A DNA stretch of 64,000 nt from a bacterium. GTDB taxonomy: Bacteria > Zhuqueibacterota > Zhuqueibacteria > Residuimicrobiales > Oceaniaggregativiventaceae. Made by a program: the position numbers and the translations under genes. Positions 10,011 to 18,688 of this stretch are shown here, piece by piece. Within the stretch, counting starts at the first letter, position 1; the number at the start of each line of letters is the position of its first letter. The DNA lies in the NCBI GenBank assembly GCA_029565675.1, contig JAKQNP010000003.1:1294-65293 (forward strand), given 5' to 3'. A model generated the notes under the pieces. That model was not told the DNA's origin. It made no database searches and was given only the letters and a program-made list of their open reading frames with translations.

Positions 10011-10580
10011 ATGGAAAAACGACCCACAAACAACCACAAGAAATCGAACAAAACCAACCTGATCCAGGGATTGATCTTTGGTATCCTGTTCGGTTTTCTT
10101 TTGCAAAAAGGCGGAGCGACAAAATATGACATTATTGCCGGTCAGCTTTTGCTCACCGATTTTACTGTCGTCAAGATCATGCTTTCTGCTGTTGTGACCG
10201 GCATGATCGGCATCTATGCGATGAAAGCCATGGGCTGGGTAAAGCTGGATATCAAGCCAGGAGGTTGGAGCATCAATGTCATCGGTGGAATGATCTTCGG
10301 TGCCGGCTTTGCCCTATTGGGGTATTGCCCGGGTACCATCGCCGGAGCCATTGGCAACGGCTATCTGGATGCGGCAATCGGCGGATTGATCGGCATATGG
10401 CTCGGCACCGCGCTTTTTGCCGAACTCTATCCCCGACTCGATCGCGGCATCTTGAAAAAAGGTTATTTTGGCAGCACCACTCTTCCACAGCTTTTCAAAG
10501 TGAATGATTGGCTGGTTGTCCTGCCTGTCAGCGCTCTGATTGCCCTTTTGCTGTGGTGGATGGAAAGAGCGGGACTTTGA
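10011..10580 (+). CDS. YeeE/YedE-family membrane protein, second subunit
   Basis: Track ORF 9852..10580. Start moved to the ATG at 10011 (MEKRPTN..), just after the upstream stop. GYCPGT loop and four or more hydrophobic helices. Confidence 0.8.
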   Translation: MEKRPTNNHKKSNKTNLIQGLIFGILFGFLLQKGGATKYDIIAGQLLLTDFTVVKIMLSAVVTGMIGIYAMKAMGWVKLDIKPGGWSINVIGGMIFGAGFALLGYCPGTIAGAIGNGYLDAAIGGLIGIWLGTALFAELYPRLDRGILKKGYFGSTTLPQLFKVNDWLVVLPVSALIALLLWWMERAGL

Positions 10581-10746
10581 GGCGGCGATTGGGAAAATCG
10601 ATCACCGAGACACCGAATCGCGACAAGCTGCCGTTTCTTACCACAAGGCAGCCCCACCGGCTGGTGCGGTGCCTTTTGAATCTTCAGATCATCTGCAGCC
10701 GACTCTTGCAGATTGACGAACAAGCCGCTGATCCGCTCAGCAAAAA

Positions 10747-12279
10747 ATGGGTTGCAAGATGAACAGCGATCAATTAAGTGACCATTTTCTTGAATTGATA
10801 CGCCGCACATCGGCGTGTCTGCCGCATGATGTGGAAGCGGTGATCAAAAGCAATCGTTTTAAAGAAGAACACGGTTCACGCGCCGAATTCGCCCTGCAGA
10901 TGATCCTGCGCGACATCGACCTGGCCAAACATCTCTCACTGCCGATCTGCCAGGATACCGGCACCCTCAATTTTTACATCCGTATCCCGGCCGGAATCGA
11001 CCAATTGCAGATTCAGGCGGCGGCCGAGCAGGCGGTGGCCAAGGCCACCGAAAAAGGCTATCTGCGCCAAAATTCAGTGGACAGCCTGAGCGGCAAAAAC
11101 AGCGGCAACAATCTCGGACCCGGCAGTCCACTTTTCCACTTTCAGCAAGTCCGGGGTGATGTGATCGATGTGCGCCTCATCTTAAAGGGCGGTGGTTGTG
11201 AAAACATGGGAGCGCAATACAAACTGCCGGGTTCTTTCACTGGCAAGAAAGTTGGCCGCGACCTGCAAGGCGTGCATGCCTGTGTGATGGATGCGCTGGT
11301 CCAGACGCAGGGCAACGGCTGCAGTCCGGGATTCCTCGGCGTCTGCATCGGCGGCGACCGCGCTTCCGGCTATGAAACGGCCAAGGCGCAATTTCTGCGA
11401 CCGATCGACGATGTCAATCCCATCCCCGACTTGGCCGCATTGGAATCCCGCATCGTCCGCGACGCCAACGAGCTGGAAATCGGCCCCATGGGATTCAGCG
11501 GGAAATTCACATTGGGCGCTTGTAAAATCGCTGCTCTGAACCGTTTGCCTGCCTGTTATTTCGTCACCATCGCCTATATGTGCTGGGCGTTTCGGCGACG
11601 TGGATTCATCCTGACCTCCCATGGCCGTATCGCCGAATGGCTATACCAATCTCCTGGTGAGTTCGATTGCTCCTCCGAAATGCCGGCTGAACTCGAGTCT
11701 GATCCCAAGCAAGTAATAAAATTACATACTCCCCTCACCGAGGCAAGTGTGCGGACACTCGAGGTCGGCGATGTCGTGTTGTTCAACGGCACCCTGTTTA
11801 CCGGACGCGATGCGGTGCACCGCTATCTCTATGACGGCGGCGAGCTCGATGCGATTCGCAACGGCGTCATCTACCACTGCGGGCCGGTGGTGCTCGGAAA
11901 AGAGGGTGACTACAAAGTCGTGGCCGCCGGTCCCACCACCTCGGTGCGTGAAGAGCCGTATATGGCGGCGATCATTGAAAAATTCGGCATCAGAGCCGTG
12001 ATCGGCAAAGGCGGCATGGGCGAACAAACCCGCCGGGCCTGCCGGGAGCACGGCGCGGTCTATCTGCATGCCGTCGGCGGTGCGGCGCAAATCTATGCCC
12101 GCTGCGTGATAAAAGTGGTCGGTGTGCATCTGGAACAATTCGGCAGTCCTGAAGCGGTGTGGGAATTGCAGGTGCAGGATTTCCCCCTGGTGGTGACCAT
12201 CGATGCCCATGGCAACTCGATGCACACCGAAGTCGAGGCGCATTCGAAGGAACTGCTGAACCAAATCCTGCATAGATAA
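10747..12279 (+). CDS. class I (Fe-S, tartrate/fumarate-type) fumarate hydratase, fused alpha and beta domains
   Basis: PICQDTGT cluster-ligand motif in the N-terminal half. The C-terminal half has IGKGGMG typical of the beta domain. The alternative ATG at 10759 is possible. Confidence 0.85.
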   Translation: MGCKMNSDQLSDHFLELIRRTSACLPHDVEAVIKSNRFKEEHGSRAEFALQMILRDIDLAKHLSLPICQDTGTLNFYIRIPAGIDQLQIQAAAEQAVAKATEKGYLRQNSVDSLSGKNSGNNLGPGSPLFHFQQVRGDVIDVRLILKGGGCENMGAQYKLPGSFTGKKVGRDLQGVHACVMDALVQTQGNGCSPGFLGVCIGGDRASGYETAKAQFLRPIDDVNPIPDLAALESRIVRDANELEIGPMGFSGKFTLGACKIAALNRLPACYFVTIAYMCWAFRRRGFILTSHGRIAEWLYQSPGEFDCSSEMPAELESDPKQVIKLHTPLTEASVRTLEVGDVVLFNGTLFTGRDAVHRYLYDGGELDAIRNGVIYHCGPVVLGKEGDYKVVAAGPTTSVREEPYMAAIIEKFGIRAVIGKGGMGEQTRRACREHGAVYLHAVGGAAQIYARCVIKVVGVHLEQFGSPEAVWELQVQDFPLVVTIDAHGNSMHTEVEAHSKELLNQILHR

Positions 12280-12464
12280 ATGGCGATGTGAACAGCGGAT
12301 CAGGCGAAATCGCCCTGAACAACCATTGCCTGAATTTTACCGCTCTTTTGCTTTTGGCACCTGGCGTTCTTTATCGACATCATCAACAACCAATCGTTCG
12401 ACTTGGCGTGCCCCCATGGGGGCAAGGAATGCTGTGATCAATATCAACTGTCCGGAGGAATCCG

Positions 12465-13424
12465 ATGAAAAATCCCATTTCGATGCTGCGAGTCCTGCCA
12501 ATCCTCGCCTTATTCATGGCTTGTGCGACCACATCCATGAACATCCCGGTGACCAAACCGGCCAAAATCAATCTGGCGGGAATCAACAAAATCGCGGTCG
12601 GCGATATTACCGGCCCGGGATCGATGAATTTGACCGACGAGCTGATCGCCCAATTGTTCAACAGCAACCGATATGAGATTTTGGATCGTCAGCATCTCGA
12701 TCGCATCTTCCAGGAACATCGCTTGTCTTTGTCGGGGACGATCGACGAAAGCACTGCCGCGGAATTGGGCAAGCTCTTCGGCAGCGCGGCGCTGATTTTT
12801 GGTCGAGTCAGTCAGCACAATTACACAGAAGAGATGACCAAAAAAGATCACAAAGATGAGAAATCGGGGAAAACCCATCGGACCTATGAGAGGAAAGGAA
12901 AAGCAAACGTGGCCGTCACCTTGCAGGTCACCGATCTGCGCACCGGGAAAATAGTCGCGGTTCGCAACCTGCAGAAGGAAGTCAGCAAAACCACCAGCGC
13001 CACAGACCACACTCCGGAAAAAATCGATCAAGAAGCCTTGTTGCACGAAGCCAGGACCAGTGTGCTGACAAGTTTTATGCAGGATATCGCACCGTATACG
13101 GAAATCGAAAAAATATCGTTCATTTCCGACAAAAATATTCCCCAACTGAAAGCGGGAATCGATATGGCCAAGGCCGGCAATTGGCAACAGGCGGTAAAAT
13201 ATTTCAAAGAGGCCACCATTGCCTATCCTTCCAGCCCCAAAGCGTTCTATAACCTTGGCATTGCACAGATGTGGTCCTATAATTTCGAACAAGCCGAAGC
13301 TGCCTTGAATAAAGCCTATGAACTCGAAGCAAAAAGCATCTACCTCAAAGAGATCAATCGATGCAAAAGATTGAAAGCGGAGCAGGAAAGACTGGCTGAA
13401 CAGATGAGAGAAGCTGGAATTTGA
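12465..13424 (+). CDS. CsgG-like lipoprotein with C-terminal TPR
   Basis: Lipobox ...ALFMAC. ILDRQHLDRIFQEHRLSLSG...AALIFGRV resembles the CsgG/LpoB-type fold. C-terminal TPR-like AVKYFKEATIAYPSSPKAFYNLGIAQ. Confidence 0.65.
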   Translation: MKNPISMLRVLPILALFMACATTSMNIPVTKPAKINLAGINKIAVGDITGPGSMNLTDELIAQLFNSNRYEILDRQHLDRIFQEHRLSLSGTIDESTAAELGKLFGSAALIFGRVSQHNYTEEMTKKDHKDEKSGKTHRTYERKGKANVAVTLQVTDLRTGKIVAVRNLQKEVSKTTSATDHTPEKIDQEALLHEARTSVLTSFMQDIAPYTEIEKISFISDKNIPQLKAGIDMAKAGNWQQAVKYFKEATIAYPSSPKAFYNLGIAQMWSYNFEQAEAALNKAYELEAKSIYLKEINRCKRLKAEQERLAEQMREAGI

Positions 13425-13570
13425 GGCCAAAAACAGCGGCTGCCGCCGCATGGCAAGGTCAAACCAACTGACGGTGGTCATTTACAAAAGCACTGCTGGA
13501 ATTGCAGCACCGCCAAGTCGGAATCGACGAGACGCAGCGTTAAATCATTCAACTGTATGCGTTTTCACCC

Positions 13571-13604
13571 AATAAAAAAGGGAGCCAGCCACTGCTGGTC
13601 TCCC
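13571..13604 (-). terminator. intrinsic terminator (hairpin plus U-tract on the minus strand)
   Basis: The minus strand reads GGGAGACCAGC-agtg-GCTGGCTCCC followed by TTTTTTATT. On the plus strand only TTTGAC follows the hairpin. Confidence 0.6.
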
Positions 13605-13950
13605 TTTGACAGCCGTCTATGCATAGCGAGGAATCCCGAGCACTCCAGTAAACTCGCATGCCTCCTTGAATAGTGTCAATCAGCCGAGTTCTACCTCCTC
13701 TAACTCATCCTATCCTCAATTTTGGCTTTACCCATTGCAGAATCTGATGCAAAGATGGTATCTACCTATTTAGCAATCGGTAAAATATGATCAACAATCC
13801 GCAATAATTTGCCTTGACATTGGATCATCTGCTTGTCGTTCTCACTCTCCACTTGGCGATCCGGTCTGCGATTGCAATCAATCCACAACTTGTTCCGGAA
13901 TTTTATTCAACTCCCCTGCCGCCTTTGTAGAACCAGCCCTGCAGTCAATC

Positions 13951-15660
13951 CTAAACCGCTCGATAAGGCAGGTAAGCAGGTGTCCACATGGCGGCATGGA
14001 TCTGTTCAAGCAGTTCCGCATCGCTTGCCAATCGGCCGAGGCCACTATCGCGCGCTTGAATGGCGACAGCCAGCGCCACCTGCGCCGAAACCGCGCGGAT
14101 CTTGTCAATCGCCGGCAGCATATGTCCAGCCTTGAGATCGGCTGCAGGAACCTGGTCGCTGAGTGCCCGAGAGGCGGCCATGAACATCTCGTCGGTCACC
14201 TTGTGGGTCTGACAGATCAGCGCGCCCACTCCCACACCCGGAAAAACGTAGAGATTGTTGCACTGCGAAATAAAGTGGTCTTTGCCGCCGATCCGGACTG
14301 GTTTGAAAGGGCTGCCGGTGGCCAACAGCGCACGGCCGTTCAACAAATTCAGGGCAAATTCCGGAGTGCATTCGGCCTTGACAGTCGGATTGGAGAGCGG
14401 CATGATCAGCGGCCGGTCGCTGTTTTCGCCCATGGCACGGATAACCGACTCGTCGAACGCGCCGCTCTGCCCGGTAACGCCGATCAGCACCGTTGCGCCG
14501 GCATTGCGAATCACATCGAGCAGCCCGATGCGATTGGGATTGTCCAGCTTCCACCCGGCGACCTGCTGGCGCGATTTGACAAACAGCTGCTGTTCCTCGG
14601 CAACCGGCATGCCCTCCACCAGCAGACCGTTGATGTCGACGCCGTAAATCCGGTCACGCGCCTGCTGATCGCTCAGGCCGTCGAGCATCAGGCCGGTATG
14701 GATCTGCCGGCCGATGCCGGTGCCGGCCTGGCCCTGGCCAAAGAGCACCACCACCTGGTCGCGCAGCCGCTCTTTCTTGATCTTCATCGCCGACAACAAC
14801 ACCGCCATGGCAGTGGCGCCGGTGCCCTGAATGTCGTCATTAAAGGAAAGAATGCGTTCCCGGTAGCGCTCGAGCAAGCGAAAAGCGTTGTTTTTGCCGA
14901 AATCTTCCCATTGCAGCAGAACCCCCGGAAAGCGGCGATGCACGGCGGTGACGAATTTTTCCACCACCTCATCATAGGCCTGGCCGGTCAGGCGCTTTTT
15001 GCGCACACCGATGTAGAGCGGATCGTCGAGCAGATCGGCGTTGTTGGTGCCGACGTCGAGCAGGATGGGCAGACAAAAAGCGGGATGCAGGCCAGCGGCG
15101 GCCACATAGAGGCTGATCTTGCCGATGGGAATGCCCATGCCGCCGGCGCCGAGATCGCCGAGTCCCAGGATGCGCTCACCGTCGGTGACCACGATAAGCG
15201 ACACATTGCTGAACGGCGCACAGGCCAACATATCGTCGACGCGATCGATTTCGGTACAGCTGATATAAAGGCCGCGCGGACGGCGGAAGATGTGGCTGAA
15301 CTGCTGGCACGCCTTGCCCACCGTCGGGGTGTAGACGATGGGCAGCATTTCCGCCAGATGGTCGAGAATGAGGGCATAATAAAGCGTCTCGTTGCGGTCC
15401 TGCAGATCGCCGAGATAGATATATTTGTCCAAATCATCGTTTTTGGCGCTGAAGCGCTCGTAATTGCGCTTTTTCTGCACCTCCAGATTGCTCACCCTTT
15501 CCGGGAAAAGGCCGCCCAGCTCGAAAGCGATTCGTTCTTCGCGGGTAAACGCGGTGCCCTTGTTGTAGATCGGATGGCCGATGAGCGAGTGGCCCTTAAA
15601 GGGCACTTTGATATATTCCTGATCAGAGGCTGAATCCCGGCTGCGGGTATAGGCGATCAT
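13951..15660 (-). CDS. maeA: NAD-dependent malic enzyme
   Basis: 569 aa. Motifs VYTPTVG, GDLGAGGMGIPIGK and FNDDIQGTGA match the malic-enzyme family in the length class of E. coli MaeA. Confidence 0.9.
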   Translation of the reverse strand: MIAYTRSRDSASDQEYIKVPFKGHSLIGHPIYNKGTAFTREERIAFELGGLFPERVSNLEVQKKRNYERFSAKNDDLDKYIYLGDLQDRNETLYYALILDHLAEMLPIVYTPTVGKACQQFSHIFRRPRGLYISCTEIDRVDDMLACAPFSNVSLIVVTDGERILGLGDLGAGGMGIPIGKISLYVAAAGLHPAFCLPILLDVGTNNADLLDDPLYIGVRKKRLTGQAYDEVVEKFVTAVHRRFPGVLLQWEDFGKNNAFRLLERYRERILSFNDDIQGTGATAMAVLLSAMKIKKERLRDQVVVLFGQGQAGTGIGRQIHTGLMLDGLSDQQARDRIYGVDINGLLVEGMPVAEEQQLFVKSRQQVAGWKLDNPNRIGLLDVIRNAGATVLIGVTGQSGAFDESVIRAMGENSDRPLIMPLSNPTVKAECTPEFALNLLNGRALLATGSPFKPVRIGGKDHFISQCNNLYVFPGVGVGALICQTHKVTDEMFMAASRALSDQVPAADLKAGHMLPAIDKIRAVSAQVALAVAIQARDSGLGRLASDAELLEQIHAAMWTPAYLPYRAV

Positions 15661-15760
15661 CGCGCTCTCCTTATCAAACTCGGTTGGGGGGATAAAAAAG
15701 GTGTTTGTTTAATGAAAGGTAAGAAATAATGGTGAAATAGAAAAAGAATATTCGATTTTT

Positions 15761-16119
15761 CTCGTTCCCAGGCTCCGCCGGCAAATCAAATCACAATATC
15801 GGTGATAGATAAAGGTTGTAACTTTCGCACTTGGCACTTTGAACTTTTCACTTTCTCTACTTCGCCTCCGGCTCTGCCTTGCGCACCTTTTTGGCACATC
15901 CAGCGCATTGGAACAGAAATGCGGCTTTTTTGAGATTGGATGCTTCCGTGGGCGCAAGGCAGGAGCCTCCGTCGGCTTCGCGCGCCTCGGCCGCAAGAGA
16001 AGCGGCCTGCGGGGTCGCGCTCCGCTGAATTTTATGGTTTCCGTTTTGCGGTTCTGTCGTTTTATTTGGTGCGACAGGTTTGCCTCGCTTACCTCGTTCC
16101 AAGGCTCCGCCTGAGAACG
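15761..16119. repeat. segment bounded by 19-nt direct repeats that contain degenerate GTTCCCAGG/CCTGGGAAC-type hairpin halves
   Basis: ctcgttcccaggctccgcc at 15761-15779 and ctcgttccaaggctccgcc at 16093-16111 match at 18 of 19 positions. The interior carries an AAAGT-rich tract at about 15816-15853 that resembles 23674-23714 in reverse orientation. Confidence 0.6.
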
Positions 16120-16225
16120 CAGCTGGCCTGCTCTGCCGACAAAGCGAACACCGACCAGGGTGATCGATAACAAATATTTTACTCTAATCCTGGATCCTAT
16201 TCCAATAGAATTCTGGCAAATACAT

Positions 16226-16545
16226 CGCGTCCCTAACGGGACGCTGGGAGAATGGCATGTTCGCTTGCTATAAATATGCCGTCCCTAACGGGACGGTTTG
16301 GGTCTCCTCTTGCGGGTGCGCTAATGTTTCGCCACCGCGGGGCTTGTCCCTGCGGAGCGGTGATTGTTAGCCAGATTCGCGCCCCTTCTCCCCCTTTTTT
16401 TTTGGTGGGGGTGGTGGGGCGGTGTTTTTTTGGCTGTCAATCATCATCCCGCAGGGACAAGCCCTGCGGTGATGGGACTGTGCTCGGTTCACTGTCTGGC
16501 TGTCAATCCCCATCCCACGGGGACAAGCCCCGTGGGGATGGGCCG
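16226..16545. repeat. about 320-bp mosaic of GC-rich stem-loops (REP/BIME-like), copy A
   Basis: Successive hairpins: GCGTCCC-taac-GGGACGC, CCGTCCC-taac-GGGACGG, CCGCGGGG-cttgt-CCCTGCGG, a C-rich/T9/G-rich hairpin, CCGCAGGG-acaag-CCCTGCGG and CCACGGGG-acaag-CCCCGTGG. About 95% identical over the first ~270 nt to 22982-23102 plus 23341-23552. Confidence 0.85.
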
Positions 16546-16623
16546 CCTTTCAAGGTGTTGCAGCGAGACACTTGGATCGAAACGCAAGCGTAGCCTTAGG
16601 CAAAACAAAAAGAGACTGGATTC

Positions 16624-18168
16624 CTACAGCGCCTCAAGATTCGCCAGGTACACCTCTGCCTGTTGAAGAATTTTGGCGCGTTCCTGATCAGAAAATCGAT
16701 CCAGGATACGCAGCATCATGCCGATGCGGGGATTGTTCGACAGCTTTTTACGATGCCGAGCATAAAACGCCCAGTAAAAGCTGTTGAACGGACAGGCGCG
16801 ATCGCCGTATTTTTTTTTGGGATCGTAATGACAACCGACACAGTAATCGCTCATCTTCTGAATATATTGAGCGGAAGAGACATAGGGCTTGGTGGCGATG
16901 CGGCCTCCATCCGCGAACTGGCTCATGCCGCGGGTGTTGGTGATTTCCACCCATTGAATCGCATCGATGTAAATGCCCATGTACCAGGCATCAACCTCGT
17001 CGGGATGAACACCCGCCAGCAGAGCGAAATTGCCCGTAATCATCAAGCGCTGGATGTGATGCGCATAGGCATAGCGCAGCGACTGGCCGATGCAGCAGCG
17101 CAGACACTGCATCCGGGTTTCACCATCCCAGTAATAATGCGGCAGTTTGCGGTTGTGATCAAAGTAATTCATCTTTGCATAATCAGGCATCTGCGCCCAA
17201 TAGACGCCGCGCATAAACTCCCGCCAGCCGATCACCTGGCGCACAAAAGCCTCGATCTGCGCCAGGGAAACGCCGGTTTTATTTTGCTCCCAGACGCGCA
17301 GCGCCGCTTCAACCGTTTCCATAGGGTGCAGCATCTTGGTGTTCAGCGCAAAAGAGAGTCGGGCATGAAACAGGGACCAATGCTGTTTGCTCATGGCGTC
17401 TTCGTATCGGCCAAAAAAGGGCAAACCATTCATGATAAAAAAGTCCAGCAGATCCAGAGCCTGTTGGCGGTTGACCGGCCAGATCAGGATGTCATCTTCA
17501 ATCATGCCGAAAGTCCTGACCTGCTGCTTCACCAGCAGCCGCCGCAGATCGCGGACCTCATTCCGAAAGAGAAGCGGTTCGGGCACGGCCACTTTGCCAT
17601 CATAGGGCCGGCGATTTTCCCGGTCGAAATTCCAGGCGCCTCCCGCCGGTTTACCATTTTCAAGCAAAATGTTCCATTTTTTTCGCATCATTCGGTAAAA
17701 CGATTCGAGCAAATATTGCTTTTTGCCCTCGAAAAATTCGGCCACAGCGCTCCGGGAGGTGAGAAAATGCTCTGTATCGACCGCCTCAGAGGGGATCGCA
17801 AGCGACGACACAAACTGCCGCAACTGTTGATCCAAACGGTATTCATCCGGCAGCTGGTACTCGAATCGCTCGATTTTTTCTTGTTGAATGATCTTTTCGA
17901 GATTGGCTGTCAAAGACTGGGCATTGTCCGGATCGTCCAGTTTGATATAGTTAAGCCGGTGTCCGTTTTCCTGCAGCCGGCGGGCGAACTCGCGCATGGC
18001 GGCAAAAAAGGCCAGGACTTTCTGAATATGATGCATCACATAGTCTGTTTCCTGGCGCATTTCCATCATCACATAAACCGTTTTTTCGTCGACGGTTTTA
18101 AACCAGGAATGACCTGAATTCAGCTGATCGCCGAGGATAAGGCGCAGGGTTTTGGTTTTGTTGGGCAT
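16624..18168 (-). CDS. FeS-BCP type cryptochrome/(6-4) photolyase family protein
   Basis: 514 aa. N-terminal LRLILGDQL pattern of the photolyase-related (COG3046-like) family. C-terminal Cys set RCCIG...DYCVGCHYD...RACPFN is consistent with the [4Fe-4S] ligands of PhrB/CryB-type enzymes. Confidence 0.85.
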   Translation of the reverse strand: MPNKTKTLRLILGDQLNSGHSWFKTVDEKTVYVMMEMRQETDYVMHHIQKVLAFFAAMREFARRLQENGHRLNYIKLDDPDNAQSLTANLEKIIQQEKIERFEYQLPDEYRLDQQLRQFVSSLAIPSEAVDTEHFLTSRSAVAEFFEGKKQYLLESFYRMMRKKWNILLENGKPAGGAWNFDRENRRPYDGKVAVPEPLLFRNEVRDLRRLLVKQQVRTFGMIEDDILIWPVNRQQALDLLDFFIMNGLPFFGRYEDAMSKQHWSLFHARLSFALNTKMLHPMETVEAALRVWEQNKTGVSLAQIEAFVRQVIGWREFMRGVYWAQMPDYAKMNYFDHNRKLPHYYWDGETRMQCLRCCIGQSLRYAYAHHIQRLMITGNFALLAGVHPDEVDAWYMGIYIDAIQWVEITNTRGMSQFADGGRIATKPYVSSAQYIQKMSDYCVGCHYDPKKKYGDRACPFNSFYWAFYARHRKKLSNNPRIGMMLRILDRFSDQERAKILQQAEVYLANLEAL

Positions 18169-18688
18169 CTTTGCTAAAAATCCTGTTTGCCGTTAACAGC
18201 CTTTTGGGGGCACGCATTGTCAACCATTCGTCGCCGACTCACGCAGACGGAAGAAGCCGTTCATCAGGAAAGAATTGCGTTCCGCGGCAAGCCCGGTCCC
18301 GTGCCCCACTGGGTTCAAGCTGAAAGTAACCTAGCCAATCCGGATCATAAAAACAACCAGAATAACTCAACAGCAAACCGGCAATCGATGTCCCGACAAA
18401 ACAACGGGGCGGAGAAAACTAAAGGACTATTTGCGGTTGTTTCAGTGTTATGTAAAGATTGGTTGTGCTGATTTTCAAACGCTTCCGCAACCCTGAAAGC
18501 TTCGCATCCTCATCACAGCCGTTTTGAAAGCTGGCATCCGCAATCCCGGCAACGCGGCCCTGTCGAATCGACAACCGGAGTCGGGAAAAACCATAAACGG
18601 AATATTCTGCAAGGCCGGCAGCTGCGATGCATCCGTGGAATTACAAAAAAACCTCTTGTTCAGCGCAAACCTGGAAGGATACTTGCTG

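Noticed and set aside
12409-12424. A perfect 16-bp palindrome, TGCCCCCATGGGGGCA, 40 nt upstream of the lipoprotein gene.
   Set aside because: It is short and resembles the generic GC-rich hairpins scattered through the other gaps (for example GCCCCC-tgc-GGGGGC at 23233-23247). It has no U-tract and no second copy that would support an operator.
13580-13604. B12-box-like strings (GCCACTG on the plus strand, GGAGACCAGC on the minus strand) suggesting a cobalamin riboswitch.
   Set aside because: The two strings lie on opposite strands of one terminator hairpin. No other cobalamin-riboswitch core elements are nearby, and no downstream B12-related gene follows.
13610-13720. A 34-codon minus-strand ORF (MRVYWSARDSS...) preceded by AAGGAGG.
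   Set aside because: Only 1 nt separates the SD-like sequence from the ATG. The ORF runs through the terminator hairpin, and nothing supports it as coding.
13996-15633. Very long antisense ORFs that mirror real genes. Examples: 545 aa opposite maeA, 484 aa at 16663-18117 opposite the photolyase, 468 aa at 5673-7079, 358 aa at 48577-49653, 344 aa at 57280-58314, 323 aa at 12510-13481 and 322 aa at 20550-21518.
   Set aside because: In each case the opposite strand carries clear family motifs. The antisense translation is low-complexity (rich in Arg, Gly, Asp, Ile and Val) with no motif, signal or RBS. Codon-aligned shadow ORFs are expected when the codons TTA, CTA and TCA are avoided.
15709-16593. 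ORFs of 76-154 codons inside the repeat fields (15709-16173, 16252-16593, 16364-16666, 23077-23460, 23269-23553, 23415-23804).
   Set aside because: They are made of hairpin repeats. The two mosaic copies differ by frameshifting indels, so the peptides are not conserved. No RBS is present.
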